DNA of 64,000 nucleotides. Origin: Macrostomum lignano. Lineage: Eukaryota. The translations under genes were made by a program, and so were the position numbers. Below are positions 11,401-21,291 of the stretch, piece after piece. Each line of letters begins with the position of its first letter. Positions within the stretch are counted from its first letter, which is position 1. The notes under the pieces were generated by a model. That model was not told the origin of the DNA. It worked only from the letters and a program-made list of their open reading frames with translations, and searched no databases. The stretch lies in the NCBI GenBank assembly GCA_002269645.1, contig NIVC01000353.1:1-64000 (forward strand), given 5' to 3'.

Positions 11401-14400
11401 AAATAAGAGAGTAGGGGTAGAGATGAGATGAGAGAGAGGAGAGAGAAGCGAGTCACGATAATAGCGAAGAGAGGAGAGAGTAGATATGAGAGACGTAAGA
11501 GTCTTTGAGCTATGGTCTTTGAAAGATTTTGTAAAGAATTTGGAGACGATTTGGAAGATAGGGTTAAAGACATGGAATTTCAGTTGATGGATATTTCAGG
11601 GAATAGAATTCCGGTGATGGGAGTTCTTCCCCTTTCTCCTCCGAAGGAGGAGTTCCATATATACTAAAGTTGACGTGTTGTTTGTCTGTGTGTGTGTGTG
11701 TCATTTCGACAACTCCTCCTTGAATAGTGCCAACTCAGCGTTGAAACTTATATGGGAAGATTGGAAATTATCCGAGGTCGGCTATAGGCTATTTTAATTC
11801 TGAAATTTTAATTTCTAAGATCCTCAAAAAAGCAGAAAACGGCGGTCTTGACCTTTGATAATCTTAATTGTCCCCTCTTTCTGCTTGGAGATGAAAATTT
11901 GCATGAATTTCAAGTGATTGCGCCACAACTTTTCCCTATCTCTGCAGTGTATTTTCTCTCCAGTGGGGGTGGGAGCGTTCTCAGTGGCTGCGTGTGTACA
12001 CTTGGACCCTGGCTCACTGGCTGACTGTATAGATAATTGCGCAATGATATGGCTACTGATAAGTTTTCCTGCCTTTCAATGGCAGCCCTGTGTATTTGTT
12101 GACATTGAAATTCAATGCATCAACTTGCAAGCAGGCAGAGAACGTACACTCGATACTTCAATGCTATAAATCAGACAGTTTCAAACGCTAACTGTTCCTC
12201 GAGTTTTAAACTTTGAGAGGAGAAACTTATATTGCTGGAAAGATCTTGCAACGCTGAGTTCGGGGATATAAGTTGTTTGCTTTAAATATGAAAAGAAAAA
12301 GCACAGCATTTGAAAAACTATTTCCACACTTTTAACTTTCTGCAAAAATTGTACTCAGTTTTGCGAGACGTAATAGATAAAGTTGGGGGAGGGTTCAACT
12401 TCTCACTGCTGCTGTGTATTGAAGGGTTGATTTAGATTGCGCAATGTTTTTGTTAACTTTAACTGAGACTGATACTGACTGACTGTGAAATCGGTTGCGC
12501 AATGAATTGATTCAATTAGTTCAATAGTTTATCAGTGCCTTTTAACACGAAGCTGTGCGTTCTAACCCTAACCCTAACCCTAACCAATGAATCCGGAGAG
12601 TTGAGTTGTTTGACGGCAAAAAATTAGATTGAGTCCAGTTTAGTGGAGACGATTTCAATGTTTTAATTTTGACGGAGAGGATTTCTGTTTCGTGGAGAGG
12701 ATTTCGATGGTGTTCAGTTTCACGGAGAGGATTTCGATGATGTTCAGCTTCACGGAGAGGATTTCTGTTTCGCGGAGATAATTTATGATTGATTTCTGTT
12801 TATGGAGATGATTTTGATGGATTTAAGTTTCAATGAGAGGATTTCGAAGGAGTCCAGTTTCACGGAGAGGATTTCGATGGTTTTCAGTTGCACGGACAGG
12901 ATTTCTGCTTCGCGGAGAGGATCTTGATGGATTTGGCATCTTCAATCAGTCAGAGAAGAGAGTAAAGAGAAGAATGAAAAGAGAAGAGAGATGAGATGAT
13001 AGAAAACAGAGTAGAAATGAGTGGAGAGATTAGACATGACAGATGGGAGAGAAGAGGGTAGTAAGGCGGGAACGAAGGAAGAGAGAAGAGAAGAGGAGAG
13101 AGGAGATGAAGGGAGAGGATATGAGAGAGGAGATATGAGATAGCAGAGAGGAGACAGGAGCGAAAAGAAAGGAGGGATAAGAGCGCACAGAGGCAATAGA
13201 AGAGAGGAAAGAGAGGAGAGAGGTGAGAGGTGAGAGGAGAGAGATGAAAGATCAGAGATCAGAGATTTAAGAGAAGAAAGTAGTGAGGAGAAAGAAGAGG
13301 GTAAAGATGAGAGTGCAGAGAGGAGAGAAACGAGAGGAGACAGGTGGTAGAAAGGAGTGTAAAAAACATAAGATAAGAAAGGGGAGGGTGAGAGTGAGAG
13401 CATATAGGAAAGTGTAAAAGGGGAGCAGAGGAGAGAGAATAGATAAGTGAGTAGAGAAGAGATATGAGAGAGGAGAGATTAGAGATTAGAGAAGAGATGA
13501 GGGGAGATAAGAGGAGAGAAGAGAGAATGGAGAGGAGATAAAAGAGAGGAGAGGAGACAGGTGATGCAGTAGAAAGGAGGGAAGAAAGATGGTAGATAAG
13601 AAAGGAGAGGGTGAGAGCGTATAAGAGATACGAGAAATGAGAGCAGAGAGAAGAGAGAAAAGGGAAGAGAGAAAGTAGAGCGGAGACGATAGATAAGTGA
13701 GTAGAGATGACATATGAGAGAGGAGAGAAGAGGGAGAGATAAGAGAGGAGAGAGGAGACAGGAGACAGAAGTGAAGAGGAGAGATATGAGAGAAGAGATG
13801 AGACAAGAGACAGGAGAGGGTACAAACGAAAGACGAGGGAGAAGAGATAAATAAGGGAGTAGGGGTAGAGATGAGATGAGAGAGAGGAGAGAGAAGAGAG
13901 TCACGATCACGATAATAGCGAAGAGAGGAGAGAGGAGATATGAGAGACGTGAGAGTCTTTAAGCTATGGGCTTTGAAAGGTTTTATAAAGAATTTGGAGA
14001 CGATTTGCAAGATAGGGTTCTAGACATGGAATTTCAGTTGATGGATATTTCAGGGAATGGAATTCCGGTGATGGGAGTTCTTCCCCTTTCTCCTCCGAAG
14101 GAGGAGTTCCACTCGTCTATATATACTAAAGTTGACGCGTTGTTTGTCTGTCTGTATGTCTGTCTGTATGTCTGTCTGTCATTTCGACAACTCCTCCTTG
14201 AATAGTGCCAACTCAGCGTTGAAACTTATATGGGAAGATTGGAAATTATCCGAGGTCGGCTATAGGCTATTTTAATTCTGAAATTTTAATTTCTAAGATC
14301 CTCAAAAAAGCAGAAAACGGCGGTCTTGACCTTTGATAATCTTAATTGTCCCCTCTTTCTGCTTGGAGCTGAAAATTTGCATGAATTTCAAGTGATTGCG

Positions 14401-17400
14401 CCACAACTTTTCCCTATCTCTGCAGTGTATTTTCTCTCCAGTGGGGGGATGGGGCGTTCTAAATGGCTGCCTGTGTACAATCGGACCCTGGCTCACTGGC
14501 TGACTGTATAGATAATTGCGCAATGATATGGCTACTGATAAGTTTTCCTGCCTTTCAATGGCAGCCCTGTGTATTTGTTGGACATTGAAATTCAATGCTT
14601 CAACTTGCAAGCAGGCAGTGAACGTACACTCGATACTTCAATGCTATAAATCAGACAGTTTCAAACGCTAACTGTTCCTCGAGTTTTAAACTTTGAGAGG
14701 AGAAACTTATATTGCTGGAAAGATCTTGCAACGCTGAGTTCGGGGATATAAGTTGTTTGCTTTAAATATGAAAAGAAAAAGCACAGCATTTGAAAAACTA
14801 TTTCCATACTTTTAACTTTCTGCAAAGATTGTACTTTAATCTGCAAAGATTGTTGGGGGGAGGGTTCAACTTCTCACTGCTGCTGTGTATTGGAGGGTCG
14901 ATTTAGATTGCGCAATGTTTTGTTAACTTTACCTGAGGCTGATACTGACTGACTGTGAAATCGGTTGCGCAATGAATTGATTCAATAGTTCAATATTTTT
15001 ATCTGTGCCTTTTAACACAAAGTTGTGCGTAGTTCTAACCCTAACCCTAACCCTAACCCTAACCCTAACCCTAATGAATCTGGCGAGTTGAGTTGTTTGA
15101 CGGAAAAAATTCGATTAAGTCAAGTTTAGCGGAGACGATTTCAATGTTTAAATTCTGACGGAGAAGATTTCTGTTTCGTGGAGAGGATTTCGATGATGTT
15201 CAGTTTCACGAAAGGATTTCGATGATGTTCAGTTTCACGAAAGGATTTCCATGGTGTTCAGTTTCACGGAGAGGATTTCGATCATGTTCAGCTTCACGGA
15301 GAGGCTTTCTGTTTCGCGGAGATAATTTATGATTGATTTCTGTTTTATGGAAACAATTTTGATGGATTTAAGTTTCAAGGAGAGGATTTCGAAGGAGTCC
15401 AGTTTCACTGAGAGGATTTCGATGGTTTTTAGTTGCACAGACAGGATTTTTGCTTCGCGGAGAGGATCTTGATGGATTTGGCATCTTCAATCAGTCAGAG
15501 AAGAGAGTAAAGAGAAGACTGAAAAGAGAAGAGAGAAGAGATGCTAGAAAACAGAGTATAATTGAGTGGAGAGATTAGACATGACAGATTGGAGATGATA
15601 GGATAGAGAATAGATGAGGGATAAGAGCGTACAGAGGCAATAGAAGAGAGGGGAGAGTAGAGGAGAAAGAAAGAGTGAGATGAGGAGATGAGGGATGAGA
15701 GAGGAGGGGAGAGAGGAGACAGGAGAGAGTACAGACGAAAGACTAGGGAGAAGATATAAATAAGGTAGTAAAGATGAGAGGAGAGAGAGGAGAGAGAAGC
15801 GAAAGGAGAAGAGAGTGAGGAGAGAGGAGAGAGATGAAAGGAGCAAGGAAAGGAGAAAAGAGAGAATGGAGAGAATAGAAAAGAGAGAAGAGAAGAGACA
15901 GGGGATAGTGAAAAGGAGGAAGAAAGATGGGAGACAAGAAAGAAAGTAGAGTGTGAGAGCGTATATGAGATATCAGAAATGAGAAGCAGATAGGAGAGAA
16001 AAGAGAAGAGAGAGAGGGTTAAGAGAGACGATAGATAAGTAAGGAGAAATGACATATGAGAGAGGAGAGAAGAGGGAGAGATAAGAGTGAAGAGAGGAGA
16101 CAGAAGACAGGAGAAGGTACAGACGAAAGACGAGGGAGCAGAGATAAATAAGGGAGCAGGGGTAGAGATGAGATGAGAGAGAGGAGAGAGGAGATATGAG
16201 AGACTTGAGAGTCTTTGAGCTATGGTCTTTGAAAGATTTTGTAAAGAATTTGGAGACGATTTGGAAGATAGGGTTAAAGACATGGAATTTCAGTTGATGG
16301 ATATTTCAGGGAATAGAATTCCGGTGATGGGAGTTCTTCCCCTTTCTCCTCCGAAGGAGGAGTTCCACTCGTATATACTAAAGTTGACGCGTTGTTTGTC
16401 TGTCTGTATGTCTGTCTGTATGTCTGTCTGTCATTTCGACAACTCCTCCTTGAATAGTGCCAACTCAGCGTTGAAACTTATATGGGAAGATTGGAAATTA
16501 TCCGAGGTCGGCTATAGGCTATTTTAATTCTGAAATTTTAATTTCTAAGATCCTCAAAAAAGCAGAAAACTTGAATCTTGACCTTTGATAATCTTAATTG
16601 TCCCCTCTTTCTGCTTGGAGCTGAAAAAATGCACGAATTTTTAGTGATTGCGCCACAACTTTTCCCTATCTCTGTAGTGTATTTTCTTTCCAGTGGGGGT
16701 TGGGAGCGTTCTCAGTGGCTGCGTGTGTACACTTGGACCCTGGCTCACTGGCTGACTGTATAGATAATTGCGCAATGATATGGCTACTGATAAGTTTTCC
16801 TGCCTTTCAATGGGCAGCCCTGTGTATTTGTTGGACATTGAAATTCAATGCATCAACTTGCAAGCAGGCAGTCAACGTACACTCTATACTTCAATGCAAT
16901 AAATCAGACAGTTTTAAACGCTAACTGTTCCTCGAGTTTTAAACTTTGATAGGAGAAACTGATATTGCTGGAAAGATCTTGCAACGCTGAGTTCGGGGAT
17001 ATAAGTTGTTTGCTTTAAATATGAAAAGAAAAAGCACAGCATTTGAAAAACTATTTCCATACTTTTAACTTGCTGCAAAGATTGTACTCAGTTTTGCGAG
17101 ACGTAATAGATAAAGCTGGGGGGAGGGTTCAACTTCTCACTGCTGCTGTGTATTGGAGGGTTGATTTAGATTGCGCAATGCTTTTGTTAACTTTAACTGA
17201 GACTGATACTGACTGACTGTGAAATCGGTTGCGCAATGAATTGATTCAATTAGTTCAATCAGTTGTCTTTTAACACGATGCTGTGCGTAGTTCTAACCCT
17301 AACCCTAACCCTAACCAATGAATCCGGAGAGTTAAGTTGTTTGACGGAAAAAATTCGATTAAGTCCAGTTTAGCGGAGACGATTTCAATGTTTTAATTTT

Positions 17401-20400
17401 GACGGAGAGGATTTCTGTTTCGTGGAGAGGATTTCGATGGTGTTCAGTTTCACGGAGAGGATTTCGATGGTTTTCAGTTGTACGGACAGGATTTTTCTGC
17501 TTCGCGGAGAGGATCTTGATGGATTTGGCATCTTCAATTAGTCAGAGAAGAGAGTAAAGAGAAGAATGAAAAGAGAAGAGAGATGAGATGATAGAAAACA
17601 GAGTAGAAATGAGTGGAGAGATTAGACATGACAGATGGGAGAGAAGAGGGGAGTAAGGCGGGAACGAAGGAGAGAGAAGAGAAGAGGAGAGAGGAGATGA
17701 AGGAAGAGGATATGAGAGAGAAGATATGAGATAGAAGAGAGGAGACAGGACAGAGAAGAAAAGAGGGATAAGAGCGCACAGAGGCAATAGAAGAGAGGAA
17801 AGAGAGGAGAGAGGTGAGAGTTGAGAGGAGAGAGATGAAAGATCAGAGATCAGAGATTTGAGAGAAGAAAGTAGTGAGGAGAAAGAAGAGGGTAAAGATG
17901 AGAGTGCAGAGAGGAGAGAAACGAGAGGAGACAGGTGGTAGAAAGGAGTGTAAAAACAGGAGATAAGAAAGGAGAGAGTGAGAGTGAGAGCATATAGGAA
18001 AGTGTAAAAGGGGAGCAGAGTAGAGAGAATAGATAAGTGAGTAGAGAAGAGATATGAGAGAGGAGAGACGAGGGGAGAGAGGAGACAGGAGAGAGTAAAT
18101 TTGAAAGACCTGGGAGAAGAGATAAATAAGATAGTACAGATGAGAGGAGAGAGATGAGAGATGCAAATAGAAAAGAGATAAGTGAGAAAAGAGAGAGAGA
18201 GAGATTTGAGAAGAGAGGGGAAAAGATGAGAGGAGAAAGGAAAGGGGAGAAGAAAAAATGGAGAGGAGAGAAAAGAAAGGTGACAAGAGACGGTAGTAAG
18301 GAGGGCAGAAAGATGGAAGATAAGAAAGGAGAGGGTGATATGAAAGATATGAGATATGAGAAATGAGAGCAGAGACATGAGAGTCCGAGTCTGGACAATG
18401 CCAGTGAGTTTTTGCAAATAGGGAAAACAAGATATCCGGTAATTGAAATGCATTGTAGAGGATTTGGAGATGATTTGGAAGATGGGATTCAAGTCATGGA
18501 ATTTCAGCTGATGGGAGTTCTTCCCCTTCAGAATTCCAGTGATGGGAGTTCTTCCCCTTTCTCCTCCAGAGGAGGAGTTCCACTCGTACATATACTAAAG
18601 TTCACGTGTTGTTTGTCTGTCATTTCGACAACTCCTCCTTGAATAGTGCCAACTCAGCGTTGAAACTTATATGGGAAGATTGGAAATTATCCGAGGTCGG
18701 CTATAGGCTATTTTAATTCTGAAATTTTAATTTCTAAGATCCTCAAAAAAGCAGAAAACTGCATTTTTGACCCCCAATAACCTTCTTTTGCTACTCTGCC
18801 TGGGGCTGCAGCCAGTTTGTAAAAATAGCCACCCCAACCTCCGCCCGCGGGCCGCTGTGTATTGAGGGGTGGTGGGTGCGCGTGTTCTGCGTTCAATGCA
18901 AATAAAACCCCCCGCGTGTTGGGGGGTTGAGTTAAATTTAACGCTTCCCCCAGAACGGGGGTTGGGCTTGGACTGAATGTACATAGCAGTTGTACAGTGT
19001 AAATAGATAGACTGTGTCGAGATTCATTTGGTTTTATTATTGGCGCCTTTTTTCCATAGGCAGTCCTGTGTATTAGTTTGGCAGTGAAATTCAATGAATA
19101 AACTTGCGAGCTTCTCTAGCAAGAAGTCGGGAAATCGGTAAATTTCAAACGCTAACTGTTCCTCGAGTTTTAAACTTTTAGAGGAGACACTTATATTGCT
19201 GGAAAGAGCTTGCAACGCAGAGTTTGAGGATATAAGTTGTATGCTTGAAATATGAAAAGAAAAAGCACAGCATTTAAAACACTATTTCCATACTTTTAAC
19301 TTTCTGCAAAAATTGTACTCAGTTTTGCGAGACGTAATAGATAAAGTTAAGGGGAGGGTTCAACTTCTCACTGCTGCTGTGTATTGGAGGGTTGATTTAG
19401 ATTGCGCAATGTTTTTGTTAACTTTAACTGAGACTGATACTGACTGACTGTGAAATCGGTTGCGCAATGAATTGATTCAATTAGTTCAATATTTTTATCA
19501 GTGCCTTAACAGAAAGCTGTGCGTAGTTCTAACCCTAACCCTAACCCTAACCCTAACCAATGAATCCGGAGAGTTGAGTTGTTTGACGGAAAAAAATTCT
19601 ATTGAGTCCAGTTTAGCGGAGATGATTTCAATGTTTTAATTTTGACGGAGAGGATTTCTGTATCGTGGAGAGGATTTCGATGGTGTTCAGTTTCATGAAG
19701 AGAGGATTTCGATGATGTTCAGCTTCACGGAGAGGATTTCTGTTTCGCGGAGATAATTTATGATTGATTTCTGTTTTATGGAGACGATTTTGATGGATTT
19801 AAGTTTCAAGGAGAGGATTCGAAGGAGTCCAGTTTCACGGAGAGGATTTCGATGGTTTTCAGTTGCACAGACAAGATTTCTGCTTCGCGGAGAGGATCAT
19901 GATGGATTTGGCATCTTCAATCAGTCAGAGAAGAGAGTAAAGAGAATAATGAAAAGAGAAGAGAGATTAGATGATAGAAAACAGAGTAGAAATGAGTGGA
20001 GAGATTAGACATGACAGACGGGAGAGAAGAGGGGAGTAAGGCGGCAACGAAGGAGAGAGAAGAGAAGAGGGGAGAGGAGATGAAGGGAGAGGATATGAGA
20101 GAGGAGATATGAGATAGCAGAGAGGAGACAGGAGAGAGAAGAAAAGAGGGATAAGAGCGTACAGAGGCAATAGAAGAGAGGAAAGAGAGGAGAGAGGTGA
20201 GAGGAGAGAGATGAAAGATCAGAGATCAGAGATTTAAGAGAAGAAAGTAGTGAGGAGAAAGAAGAGGGTAAAGATGAGAGTGCAGAGAGGAGAGAAACGA
20301 GAGGAGACAGGTGGTAGAAAGGAGTGTAAAAAACATAAGATAAGAAAGGAGAGGGTGAGAGTGAGAGCATATAGGAAAGTGTAAAAAGGGAGCAGAGGAG

Positions 20401-21291
20401 AGAGAATAGATAAGTGAGTAGAGAAGAGATATGAGAGAGGAGAGATTAGAGATTAGAGAAGAGATGAGGGAAGATGAGAGGAGAGAAGAGAGAATGGAGA
20501 GGAGAGAAAAGAGAGGCGAGGAGACAGGTGATGCAGTAGAAAGGAAGGAAGAAAGATGGTAGATAAGAAAGGAGAGGGTGAGAGCGTATAAGAGATACGA
20601 GAAATGATAGCAGAGAGAAGAGAGAAAAGGGAAGAGAGAAAGTAGAGCGGAGACGATAGATAAGTGAGTAGAGATAAGCGAGAAGAGTAGGAATAGAGGA
20701 GAGAAAGAAGCGAGAGAAGGGAGAGAGGAGGGAGAATAGAGATGAAAGATCAGAGATGAGAGAGATGAAAGTGTAGAGAGGAGTAATTAGTGAGAAGAAA
20801 GAAGAGAGTAAAAATAAAAATCAGAGCGCAGGGCGCAAGAGATGAGAGATGGGAGTTGATAGATTGTAGAGGATTTGGAGATGATTTGGAAGATGGGATT
20901 CAATTCATGGAATTTCAGCTGATAGGAGTTCTTCCCCTTCAGAATTCCGGTGATGGGAGTTCTTCCCCTTCAGAATTCCGGTGATGGGAGTTCTTCCCCT
21001 TTCTCCTCCAGAGTAGGAGTTCCACTCGTACTATTTTAATTTCGTAATTAAACAAAGTGTCAGTGTAATATTTTTGTTTTCTAGTCTAGACGAAGATGAA
21101 CGTTTTTTATTTTCTAAATCTGAAAGTGTTCAAAGCAATACTCGAAATAATGATTTATAAATGTCAGATTAATGCTTTGACAGGTTTATTGAGGTTATTG
21201 ATTATCTGAATATTGAATTATGCCACTATTACAAGCTTTGATTAATTGGTTTTCTGCTAAGCATCATTTTCCAATTCCTAAAAATAGAACC

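Larger units (their letters stand above)
1..21028 (+). mobile_element. Head-to-tail tandem array of at least 9 non-autonomous Helitron-like (rolling-circle) elements
   Basis: Approximate units: U1 <1-2552 (3' end deleted), U2 2553-5073 (5' deleted), U3 5074-7746, U4 7747-8915, U5 8916-11657, U6 11658-14115, U7 14116-16371, U8 16372-18586, U9 18587-21028. The cleanest junctions read ...CTCCTCC-GAA-GGAGGAG-TTCCACTCG|TCTATATATACTAAAGTTGAC...(GTCT)n (e.g. 14115|14116): a 7-bp GC-rich hairpin about 9 nt before the end and a 5' TC, with no TSD. The last unit ends CTCG|T into unique AT-rich DNA at 21028. No RepHel ORF. The 3' end is CTCG rather than canonical CTRR. Confidence 0.75.

Noticed and set aside
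1447-15438. Recurrent MQLKTIEILSVKL and MRNCLYSQPV ORFs as a multicopy gene family or transposase
   Set aside because: They come from the 30-bp minisatellite and the element 5' region, frameshift differently between units, and show no HUH Rep or helicase motifs.
1699-20370. Long Ser/Leu/Phe-rich minus-strand ORFs (up to 396 aa) as membrane proteins
   Set aside because: They are translations of the CT-rich complement of the GA tracts. They are open in several frames because pyrimidine-only sequence lacks stops, and have no domain motifs.
1-21028. Hammerhead ribozyme or structured RNA genes (rRNA, tRNA, snRNA) in the repeat unit
   Set aside because: I found no CTGAnGA...GAAA core with supporting stems and no recognisable rRNA, tRNA or snRNA sequence by eye. 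A covariance-model search would be needed to exclude this fully.
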